Shown: positions 53,150-63,639 of the stretch, one piece after another
Numbering within the stretch: the first letter of the stretch is position 1
How the letters are laid out: every line of letters begins with the position of its first letter
From: Chiloscyllium plagiosum
Lineage: Eukaryota
Direction of reading: 5' to 3'
Length of the DNA: 64,000 bases
Assembly: GCF_004010195.1 (NCBI RefSeq)
Contig: NC_057718.1
Location: 54,374,972-54,438,971 of the forward strand
The notes under the pieces: generated by a model
What the model saw: only the letters and a program-made list of their open reading frames with translations
The model's database searches: none
What the model was told of the DNA's origin: nothing
Made by a program: the position numbers and the translations under genes

Positions 53150-53408
53150 AAAGAACAAAAAAACTACAGACACTGAAAATCAGAAACAAAAGCAGAAACA
53201 AAAGCAGAAATTGCTGGAAAACTCAGCAGGTCTAGCAGCATCTGTGGAGAGAAAGCAAAGTTAAAGTTTTGAATCCAGTGACCCTGCCTCAGAACAGAAG
53301 AAAGGTTCTGAAGGAAGTTACTGGACCAAAAACTTTAACTCTAGTTTCTCTCCACAGACGCTGCCAGTTTGGCTGAGTTTTTTCAACAATTTCTGTTTTT
53401 GGTTCAGA
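53150..53408. mobile_element. Fold-back pair of short Penelope-tail copies (degenerate hammerheads head-to-head)
   Basis: cagaaattgctggaaaactcagcaggtctagcagcatctgtggagagaaa...tcagaac versus gttctga...tttctctccacagacgctgccagtttggctgagtttttcaacaatttctg. Confidence 0.75.
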
Positions 53409-54250
53409 GCCTTTAGTTCTGTCTTTTTACTACACTTGTAGCAATGGGAGGAAGAGGGAAACTAACAGGTCTTTCAAAAATCCAGCACACAGTCAGGGGA
53501 GGGTAAACCACTTTGTGGAATACTATAGTATTCTATGTCTCTCTGAAAATTGACATGGAGTAGCTGAACTACCCCAACAGTAAAGACCCGGTTTCAATCC
53601 TAGCTTCTGCTGCTCTGCCTAGTTTCAATCAGAACAAGAATAACGATATTACAACTGGCCTATGCACAAAAGAGAAAAATTAAATAAGGTTCTCATCTAT
53701 CAGAATCCATTACCGTTGTTGAAAGTGCACATATGTGGATATTAGTTGAGAACAGAATTGCACTTGACTGTAATAATCCCTAGTCGAACAGTCTGTCAAG
53801 ATTCACTGTCAAGACTCGCAAATGAACAGCTGCCTCTTGGGTGAGCTACTGTAGAATGCTGGGAACTGTGTAAATAAACTAGAATGGAAGACATCAAAAG
53901 GGAAGAGCTAACGATGAGGGACAGATTTAGTGAGAAACTCTCCCTTCATTTGATATTTAAAGTCAAAAGTACAACGCATAATGATTGTGAGGTATTGTTT
54001 ACAGTTCACATTCCACAACATTTTACAGTGGCAGACGCTAAAATGAAATAGTTAGCAAAAAGTTTAATTCGAAACAAAACTGACCCGTTAAATTAAAATC
54101 TTATGGTGGCACAGGTGTACAGATACATCTAGACATGCACATTTTATGATGACTGACAATGTAAGCATCAAGACACAATAGCCACGCCTTACATATTTTT
54201 CAGTTTACCTTATACACATCAGATGTTTGCTATAATCAGTCTTCTGAATA

Positions 54251-54462
54251 TTATATGTAATTATTTTCACTGTGGATTTCTTCTTGACTCTCTGAAATTT
54301 CTGGAACGCCATATAATTTCAATATTTCTTTATAAAGAAGAAAATCATGCAGACAGACAGGGAGTGGTAATGTCCGAATAAATTTATCAGAACGAAGGAA
54401 TTCACTTTTCAGAGTTGATCGAATTTTTAAACGACAGAGGTGCGTCAACGAAGGAATATCAT
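54251..54462 (-). CDS. ASB3: Ankyrin repeat and SOCS box protein 3, terminal coding exon (SOCS box)
   Basis: Translates (G)AT-DIPSLTHLCRLKIRSTLKSEFLRSDKFIRTLPLPVCLHDFLLYKEILKLYGVPEI...NNYI*. It has a BC box (SLTHLCRLKIR) and a Cul5 box (LPLP), and matches the vertebrate ASB3 C-terminus as I recall it. Acceptor ttccaatttAG at 54464-54463; phase 1 matches the upstream exon; stop TAA at 54253..54251. Confidence 0.93.
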
Positions 54463-56505
54463 CTAAATTGGAATAGAAAATTAAAACATCATGAAAAATA
54501 TATCAAATACAGATCAAAATTATAGTCTTTGGGTCAAGCTTTCTGCTATGTCTCAGCTCCAGAAGAATTTAGTTGAAACTTAATGCATGTACATTTTTAT
54601 TTAATGCTTGCATTATTACAGCAGCTTTCAGATATTCATGCATGATAACATTCAAAACTAATTTAGTTCATGACATTTCACTTTTTTCACTAATCCCTCT
54701 TCCTAATAATTCTGCAATGGCTATGGTTATTACCAAGTTCATTTTAATGCATTAAAAATGCTGAAAAGTAAAATGCTGAGAAAGTGGTTATTTCACTTTT
54801 GTGACAATAATAAATGTGAGTCACTCAGCTTGCCAAATTCATAGTTATCTCTAGATCCTGGATGTTTTTTAGAGGTTTTTTAAAATATACTTTCTATTGC
54901 TCCTATACTTTTAGCTGCTACTTGCTCGCTGGTTACACATTAGGAATTCCTCATGCTCACTTATTGAATTATGTTGAGTTATGTTTCAATGCTTTACAGA
55001 CCAGAGATCCAAACTTAATTTCAAGTGAAGAAAAACTGGACTTGTGCAAAAGGCCTCAGCATCTCTAGAGAGCAAAAGTGGAATAGGAACAAAAATAAAA
55101 ATCGATGATCTAACCCTGAACTCTCCTCAAACAATATTCCAGGAAATGTTAAAAGTTAAAGATTGTGGTGCTACCAATTTTTGGGGGAATTTTGAGGAAG
55201 AATAAGCACTGGTCAGTTATAAGCGGCTGCCCTGAATCCAAAGAATATCAATTCATATAGGAGGAATCTAAGTAGGAGGTAATGCCTTCACAGACAGATG
55301 CAGATAAAATAAGTACCTAAAAACTGCTGGCAAATACAGTCTTAAAAGGATTATTAAGGCTACAACTCAAAGCCACATAAAACAGCGTTGGGACCATCAG
55401 TATTTTTCTTTTATTATTCTCATTTTTGGTTTGGAACAAAGAATTGCAGTTGAGAATTGAACTTTGAATAGCATCTTGTTCTTAAAAGAAGGAGACCACA
55501 AAAAAGCTGGTGTTTGCTGCAGGGCACTGGCCTGATGATGCAGGTTAAGTACTGGACTGGGAGTACGATAGACAAACTAGCACCAAGATGTTATTTCGCT
55601 CAGGGACTGGCAGATGGTTGGATGTTGAACTGGTCGATCAAGAGAGGATAGATGCTGGCCAGCCAACACAAGTAATGTTAAAAAATGGAAAGAAAAAACA
55701 AAGAATGTACCGGCTTTGACCAGATTTTTGAAAGTAGTAAGCAGTGTGTTGCATTTGAAGCTGTTGAACTGAGCTTCTTTGGTTTTACTCTCTCAAATGA
55801 TTCTCCAGTTATCAACTTGTTGGAAGTCCTGAGAAATTAACACCAGTCTTAAGAAATCAGGCGAGTATGTGGAAACTGTTTGCATTGATCAATAACTTTC
55901 GAATTCAAGCAAGATACAATCCTGCGCACCTGTAACACATCCCATCATATTTCATGAAGGATTGGTATTCATAATTGAAACAGTTATTGAACTGTCAACT
56001 TATGTTCCTTTTACTTTTTGTTAATTTATCCCCTGTCTGTTGTTGTGAGAGTGGGAGTTTGGTGATCAAAGATGATTAGGGTTAGATATAGATATTAATT
56101 AGATTGCCTTACAGTTCATCTGTGTTTTGCTAAAGTCACTTTATTAACAATAAATAGTTAATTTTGGTTTAAGTTTTAAACTGTGCCGAACAATGGTTAT
56201 TTGTAAAGCCTAGTTAGGAACTATTAAGTAATTTTGAGGATTATTGACTGTTTTAATTTCAGAGTCTGATTTGGTCTGGCTTGCTATCCCTGTGTCATAA
56301 TAACTGTTTCTGAACGGAGCATCCACTACAACAAAACAAAACAAGACAAAATATACTTGCAGTGAAAACCTGACAGTCAGATGATAAAATTGAGATAGCG
56401 ACTGATTTTATTTCTTTACACTTTCATGGGATGTGGGCATTGTTGGCATGTATGGCATTTATTGCCCTTCCATAAATGCTTTGAACTGAATAAGTATTAA
56501 GTTAG

Positions 56506-56672
56506 GAGGAGAAAGTGAGGTCTGCAGATGCTGGAGATCAGAGATGGAAATGTGTTGCTGGAATAGCGCAGCAGGTCAGTTCCTGAAGAAGGGCTAATGC
56601 CCGAAACGTCGATTCTCCTGTTCCCTAGATGCTGCCTGACCTGCTGCGCTTTTCCAGCAACACATTTCCATC
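56506..56672. mobile_element. 167-bp fold-back hammerhead element with 15-bp TSD
   Basis: TSD taagtattaagttag at 56491..56505 and 56673..56687; CTGAAGA a GGGC taat GCCC GAAA CGTC at 56583..56610 lies between inverted arms. Confidence 0.88.
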
Positions 56673-56687
56673 TAAGTATTAAGTTAG

Positions 56688-56942
56688 CTCACTGAGCTTG
56701 AAGGTTTGTTTTCAGAAGTTTCATCACCATACTAGGTAACATTATCAGTGAGAGTCTCTGGTGAAGTGCTAGTGGTATGTCCCGCCTATTTATAGGTCTT
56801 AGTTTCTTAAGGTGGGTGATTGATTTCCAGTTTTTTTTTAAGGGAAGGTAGATAGAATCTAAATCGATGTGTTTGTTGATGGAGTTCTGGTTAGAATGCC
56901 ATGCCTCTAAGAATTCTCGTTTGTGTCTTTGTTGCGCCTGAA
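56688..56942 (-). mobile_element. Penelope-like 3' fragment, family of 18130..19085
   Basis: ORF 56689..56991 REFLEAWHSNQNSINKHIDLD; degenerate hammerhead near 56712..56752. Confidence 0.8.
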
Positions 56943-57265
56943 TTGCTAGGTCAGTGTGCAGACCAGACCAGGTAAGGATGCCAGATTTCATTCCCTAAAG
57001 GACATCAGTGAATCAGATAGGTTTCTACAAAAAAAATCACAATTACTGATACTAGCTTTAATTCCATATTTTATTAATTGCATTTAAATTTAAAGCCCAC
57101 CAGCTCCCACAATGGGATTTAACTCCATGTCATCTTAATAGGAGATTCTGCTTCTGAAGTATTAGTCTAGCCTAATGACACTGCAACTACACCACCATTT
57201 TCCCAAGTAGATAGATCATACACAGAATTCGACAAGAATATATGAAATGGGAGCAGTAGTTGATC

Positions 57266-58297
57266 GTTGTGGTGCTGTTCGCCGAGATGGAAATTTTTGT
57301 TGCAAACGTTTCGTCCCCCGTCTAGGTGACACCCTCAGTGCTTGGGAGCCTCCTGTGATGCGCTTCTGTGGTGTTTCCTCCGGCACTTATAGTGGCCTGT
57401 CCCTGCCGCTTCCGGTTGTCAGTTTCAGCTGTCCGCTGTAGTGGCCGGTATATTGGGTCCAGGTCGATGTGTTTGTTGATAGAGTTTGTGGATGAGTGCC
57501 ATGCTTCTAGGAATTCCCTGGCTGTTCTTTGTTTGGCTCGCCCTATAATGGTAGTGCTGTCCCAGTCGAATTCATGTTGCTTGTCGTCTGAGTGTGTGGC
57601 TACTAAGGATAGCTGGTCGTGGCGTTTCGTGGCTAGTTGATGTTCATGGACGCGGATCGTTAGCTGTCTTCCTGTTTGTCCTATATAGTGTTTTGTGCAG
57701 TCCTTGCATGGGATTTTGTACACTACATTAGTTTTGCTCATGCTGGGTATCGGGTCCTTTGTTCTGGTGAGTTGTTGTCTGAGGGTGGCTGTTGGTTTGT
57801 GTGCTGTTATAAGTCCTAGTGGTCGCAGTAGTCTGGCTATATAGGACAAACAGGAAGACAGCTAACGATCCGCATCCATGAACATCAACTAGCCACGAAA
57901 CGCCACGACTAGCTATCCTTAGTAGCCACACACGCAGACGACAAGCAACGTGAATTCGACTGGGACAACACTACCATTATAGGGCAAGCCAAACAAAGAA
58001 CAGCCAGGGAATTCCTAGAAGCATGGCACTCATCCACAAACTCCATCAACAAACACATCGACTTGGACCCAATATACTGGCCACTACAGCGGACAGCTGA
58101 AACTGACAACCGGAAGCGGCAGGGACAGGCCACTATAAATGCCGGAGGAAACACCACAGAGGTGCATCACAGGAGGCTCCCAAGCACTGAGGATGTCACC
58201 TAGACAGGGGACGAAACGTTTGCAACAAAAATTTCCAGCTCAGCGAACTGAACCACAACAACGAGCACCCGAGCTACAAATCTTCACCCAAACTTTG
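57266..58297. mobile_element. Penelope-like insertion with inverted duplication of its GIY-YIG/3' region, 11-bp TSD
   Basis: ORF 57322..57849 VVYKIPCKDCTKHYIGQTGRQLTIRVHEH (GIY-YIG); arms 57266..57688 and 57837..58259; TSD agtagttgatc at 57255..57265 and 58298..58308. Confidence 0.92.
58184..58223 (+). ncRNA. Minimal hammerhead ribozyme motif
   Basis: gca CTGAGGA t GTCaCC tagaca GGgGAC GAAA C GTT tgc: helix I gca/tgc, GUU site. The mirror copy on minus at about 57301..57341 has CTGAGGG. Confidence 0.72.
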
Positions 58298-59151
58298 AGT
58301 AGTTGATCATTTGGCCCCTCAAGCTTCCTCTGCCATTCAATAAGACATCGGATGATCTGTCTAGACTTCAACTCCTCTTTCATGTCAGCTTCTCAGAGCT
58401 GTTAACATGCTGATATTTCAAAAATCTACCTCCTCTTTGAATACTTCAGTGATCTCGTCCCACAATTTTCTGAGATAGAAAATTCAAGATATTCACTACC
58501 CTCTGGGAGACAAAACGTCTCTGCATTTCAATTTAAAATGAGCTTCCCCTTATTCTGTAACTTAGACCTAGTTAAAATTGTCCAATTAGTGAAAACATTA
58601 GCAAAATTAGTTAATACTGCAGCCAATAGGATATTAAGCACAAAATTCTTCACCCAGACAGTGGGTGAAGTAATAACTAACTAATAGTATACCAACAATC
58701 ATGGAGAAGCTTCAGTTTCAAGGTACATAGATTTTCTGTTGTGAGAAGTAAGGAATTGAAGAATATGTTGATCGGGTGAGTAGAAGCTCAAGTGGAGTCT
58801 AAATAGAAATAACAATCCTTTAGGTTCAGTGGCCTGTTTTTGTTTGCTGTCATTTCATTTCAGTTACAAATTGTGCAGAATTCAAGAATTCAATAGAAAT
58901 CTGGAATTATAAGTCTAATGATGACCATCAAACCATTGTCGATTATTGGAAAAACCTATGTGGTTCCCTAATGTCCTTCAGGGAAGGAGGATATGAGAGT
59001 TCAGAGGCAGTATGCTCCTGTTAATGTGAAATGCAAGGCTGATAGGTATAGGGAATGCTGAATGACCAGGGAAATTGAGGCTCTGTTCATGAAAAAGGAG
59101 ATATATGTCAGGTATAAACAGCTGAAATTCAGTGAATCCCTCGAATAATAA

Positions 59152-59529
59152 ACCTTATAGAGGTTTATAAAATCATGAGGGGCTTGGATAGGATAAATAG
59201 ACAAAGTCTTTTCCCAGGGATTGGGGAGTCCAAAACTAGAGGGCATAGGTTTAGGGTGAGAGGGGAAAGATATAAAAGAGACCTAAGGGGCAACTTTTTC
59301 ACGCAGAGGATGGTACATGTATGGAATGAGCTGCCAGAGGATGTGGTGGAAGCTAGTACAATTGCAACATTTAAGAGGCATTTGGATGGGTATATGAAGA
59401 GGAAGGGTTTGGAGGGATATAGGCCGGGTGCTGGCAGGTGGGACTAGATTAGGTTGGGATATCTGGTCGTCATGGACAGGTTGGACTGAAGGGTCTGTTT
59501 CCATGCTGTACATCTCTATGACTCTATGA
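59152..59529 (+). mobile_element. Young CR1 3' end
   Basis: ORF 59175..59447 and tail ctctatgactctatgac; same family as 6811, 20955 and 38928. Confidence 0.92.
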
Positions 59530-59569
59530 CGAGGGCAGTAGAAGTATACTTACAAAGGAAATCAGATGG

Positions 59570-59690
59570 AGAAAGTGAGGTCTGCAGATGCTGGAGATCA
59601 GAGTCGAAAGCGTGTTGCTGGAAAAGCACAGTAGGTCAGGCAGCATCCGAGGATGAGGAGAATCGACGTTTCGGGCCGGAGCCCTTCAGA
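59570..59690 (-). mobile_element. 121-bp hammerhead-family insertion with 12-bp TSD
   Basis: TSD gaaatcagatgg at 59558..59569 and 59691..59702; reverse strand tgaagggctccggcccgaaacgtcgatt plus tail. Confidence 0.85.
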
Positions 59691-59704
59691 GAAATCAGAT
59701 GGGC

Positions 59705-60183
59705 AACCTAGATTGCTGTTAAGTCTTTCCTCTTTTAGAATGGGATGCACGTTTCAGTTCATTAATATGCAAATTCCAGAACTACTTATTAATTCCTTTT
59801 TTGGAAATGGGACCAGTCTGACTCAAGATTAGTATACAGACAGAATTTAAACTCATACCTTTAAGGCATTGTCTGAGCTAAGAGGTCATTTTTTTTAATC
59901 AAACCTTAAGTTATCTCGAGAATGTAACTTGAAAGTAGTTCTGGGATTTACATATTAATGAACTGAAACCTGCAACCCATTCTAAAAGATGAAAGACTTA
60001 ATAGCAATCTAGGTTTTTTCTATATATTGTATCAGTTGCATGCATGACACTGTAATCTTTTGCTATAAATTGTGTCTTATGAATCTGCTCCATAGCTACC
60101 TGATGAAGGAGCAGCCCTCCGAAAGCTAGTGCTTCTAAATAAACCTGTTGGACTGTAACCTGGTGTTGTGTGATTTTTAACTA
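59705..60183 (+). mobile_element. Penelope-like 3' UTR with inverted 5' piece and hammerhead
   Basis: Homologous to 36690..37050 (opposite strand); 59706..59782 is an inverted copy of about 59937..60015. Confidence 0.78.
60097..60131 (+). ncRNA. Minimal hammerhead ribozyme motif, AGCT helix III variant
   Basis: tac CTGATGA a GGAG cagcc CTCC GAAA G CTA gtg: helix II GGAG/CTCC, palindromic AGCT, CUA site. Confidence 0.7.
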
Positions 60184-62012
60184 TAGGAATATAAACTGCA
60201 CAGAGAATCAAACTGTGGAAAAACAAACTGTTAGTGAGATAGAAATCTCTGTTTCGTTGGGAACTTCACTAATTAAACTAGGACTGAGATATAAGACATT
60301 GAGTACAGATTACACAGGCCTCCCTTTTTCCTTTTAACAAAGAAACAAACAATATTTGCCTCAATGAAGTCACAATACCAAACTTAATGAAGAGGATGGA
60401 CCCAATGATAAATGGCAACATCCAGAGCCAGTCAGCAGATAGTGGGAGGTGACTTCAGTCAATGTCCATCACCTTTAAGTCAGTTTAACTTGAGCCAATC
60501 AGAATGTAATTATATAATTGGGTATGGCTTGGAAAGAATAAGTAGGTTTCCGTGATCAAGACGTATCTCATGAGAAAATTTAATGTCATCCCACTGGTAA
60601 TTACAAAATATATATTAGACATTTGAGATGTGAACAAATGGGTGGAGATGGTGGTAAGTAAATGCATTATCTGTGTTTGGAAGCTTGTTACCAATTAAAA
60701 AAAATATATATATAACCTTTACTCTTGCAATAAAATTTGAGTTATATGCCATTTCCCATGTGTAAATCTGCCATTCATGAGTCTCATGCAGTCTAAGAAA
60801 TAAAAGGTTAACTCACCCTTTCAAAGAGCACACCAACAGCATCACACACATGAACATGTTGCAAATAACAATCATTCTCTCACAGTCAAACAGGACCAGG
60901 GTTCCCTCCTCACCAAACCGGACTACAGCAATGTACTAATGAGACTGTTCTACATCTTTTTCCCCAGAGCATTATTTCAGTACTCTGGACTTTACAATTG
61001 TCCAGTAATTACTTCAGTAACCTTCACTTTCCAACTGCACAACATTAAGCAATGCATCTTATCCTCTCACACTCCTCCCTCATCCCTGCTTTGGTCACCA
61101 TCCGTTCATCTATTGCTCCCATTCACCTCATTTAATGCTCTTTCCATATCAAGCAGAAGTACAGCACTAAGCGCCCCCATTCACCCACACTTAGCAATTT
61201 AGCCTGGCTCACACACTGTCCTTCCTGAACAATCTTTTTGATATCTGCCACTATCCATCCACATACAAAATTTTTGTCACTGCCCACTTGTCCAGCAAAG
61301 TGTCAGTGGATCAAAGGCTTGTTTCTCCCATCCAATGCTCACTGAGCAGAAAAATCAGCACTGGCACAGTAATGTCCAAATGCCTCAGAAATATTCTATT
61401 CCCTGTCACTAATCATTCAAACGCTTCCATCCATTTGCCCCCTCCTGTTCTCCTGCTCTTCCCTCCCTCTTCCCAAGATTGTTATTTCTCAAAAGAGGAA
61501 GATGTTTAAAACTTGTTTTATTTTCTAATATATAATGTCAACACGAATTATTTCATTTATAATTCACATTAAATTATAGCTGAAGAGCTATAACAAGAAA
61601 GTGAACCAAAAAACAGGTAACATTTAAGAATATCAGAATGATTATAATTGTGCAACTAAAATTACTGGAATACAACAGTGATTTACATAGATAAAAAGTT
61701 TGAAAGGATTATGTGCCACAAAGACAGAAATCTCAGGGTAAATATGAAGCAAAACATATGTTTAAAACTATGAAGGAGGAATAAAAATATAGCCTTTCAC
61801 AACAGGGGAAAATCAGACAAAAAAAAAATCAGCATAGGCAGAGAGAGAGAGCAGTAACAAAAGTTAAATAAACATGTTTCAAACAGAAGCTATTTCAAAA
61901 AGATTGCTCTAAATTTAGTGATCTCAGTAAGAGTAAGAGTCTGTATCAAATTAAGAGTCACATCAACTCAACAAGTACTTCACTTTAATTCGTACTTTGA
62001 AAGCTTGCATAC

Positions 62013-62146
62013 CAAAATATTTCTGATGAATCCAAGTGGAGTTTGCTCTACGACAGAAAAGAATCTGCTCCACAACTGAAGGAAGCCTCTTCCAGTTTGT
62101 AAATTCAAGTGTAAAGTTAAGCATGTTATCACTGGCAGTATTTAAC
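62013..62146 (-). CDS. ASB3: ASB3 penultimate coding exon (134 nt)
   Basis: Translates LNTASDNMLNFTLEFTNWKRLPSVVEQILFCRRANSTWIHQKYF; the FTLEFTNWK motif is recognisable from ASB3. Acceptor tttgttctacAG at 62148-62147; donor G|GTATGC at 62012. Joins in frame to 54462 across a 7550-nt GT-AG intron. Confidence 0.9.
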
Positions 62147-63639
62147 CTGTAGAACAAACACAAATGAAATATCGCTAAAATGTAGTTTTCAATTACTTAA
62201 GATTTAAACATAAATCTTCTCATTGCATTCATTTCTTTTATATTGAACAAGCCAGCAATCCATAACACTTGGCATTTAAGGAACAGGCAATTCCAGGAGT
62301 TGCTAGGTGTCAACATTCAATTCTACCTAGCAAGTGAAGATGGCTCATTGACAGGTTGTCAATCGGTCAATTAGGTTAGTTTAGGAATCATTGAAGAGTG
62401 GTTCAATACATTATTAGACAGGAATCGAAGGTCAGCGAGTTATGACAGCAACTAAAAGGAGACTCCATATTTGTTATCTTAGCCCTCAATTTTAAGCATA
62501 GTTTAATTCTAACTTTTCTGCTAATGCTGTTAACTGGACTTTGGTCAGTGTTTGTTAATAACTCAGGAATAGGTCTTCATTCTCTAGAAAAGTTGTAGCA
62601 ACTAACAAAGTCATTTTGGTTTTCAACGTGTACAGTAAAATTCACCCTGAAAATTTTATCAGGTTTAACCTCAGCAACTTCCAGCACTCTTATTTCTACA
62701 TGGATTACTAACCATGTAAGAGCTCTCAAATTACATTATGAAATAATCCAGACAATGAACTTTACATTTGATCCCAGCTAAGATTGCCAAATTATATTAT
62801 GAACTCAAACTAAAAGGAAATTTCTGGCGAAACCTAGCAGATCTGGCAGCAACCGTGGGAAGAAAGCAGAGTTAACATTTCCAGTCTGATAATTCTTCAT
62901 CAGAACTGGTTTGGGACCAAGCATCTTTATCTCTACAGTGGAAGACAAGAAGCAGGAGAATAAAGCCAAATGGTTCTGCAGTTTTGAATAATCAGTAGTA
63001 CAGTAAAAGTAAAACAGTCTACAATGTAAGTATACCTAATTCTAACACCCAGAATTGATCATGGGTAATTATCCAATCATCAAGCACCCTACAGCACCCA
63101 TCAGATAGCAAATGTGATCAAGCCAGATCCCACCGATTTCTCAGTAATTCCCTCCAGATGTTCTCAAAAGTTGTTCCATCATGAACTGCAGCAAGGACTG
63201 CTGTTCTGGTTGATCACTCTCCTTTCCTGGGTCAACAGTGCCCTGCATTCCAAAAACTGAACTCCAGAACCAGAAGTAGATAAATTAGCCTCTTGAACCT
63301 GTTCTACTATTCCATAAGACCAACAACAATTGGTTTGTGTTTTGAATTCCACATTGTTTGAAATTTGCGTCACAGGGAGACAGGGTGATTAAGAAGGCAG
63401 AATGTCCTCAACCGTAGTGAGTCTATCTGCAGCTCCAGCACTCCATTTGATGAATCAGGAACTGCGGCTGAACACACTTCCATACTTCGTGTGGAAGGAC
63501 CAGACAGGGTGGAAATTTTAAAGTGCACCCAGGACAGCTTTTTGTGCCAGTACACCGTCCTACTAGAAATGGCGCAGCACCAAACCGAATCCTCAGGAAT
63601 GAAGCTGGTCAAATAGTTGAATTTTCAACGGGTGAGCAT

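Noticed and set aside
55140..56300. Possible solo LTR in the ASB3 intron
   Set aside because: Only a general resemblance (AATAAA near 56149, LTR-like end); I found no clear TG...CA termini, TSD or second copy.
63370..63612. Further ASB3 exon upstream of 62146
   Set aside because: The ORF shows no ankyrin or ASB3 similarity that I recognise; the next exon is probably beyond the window.
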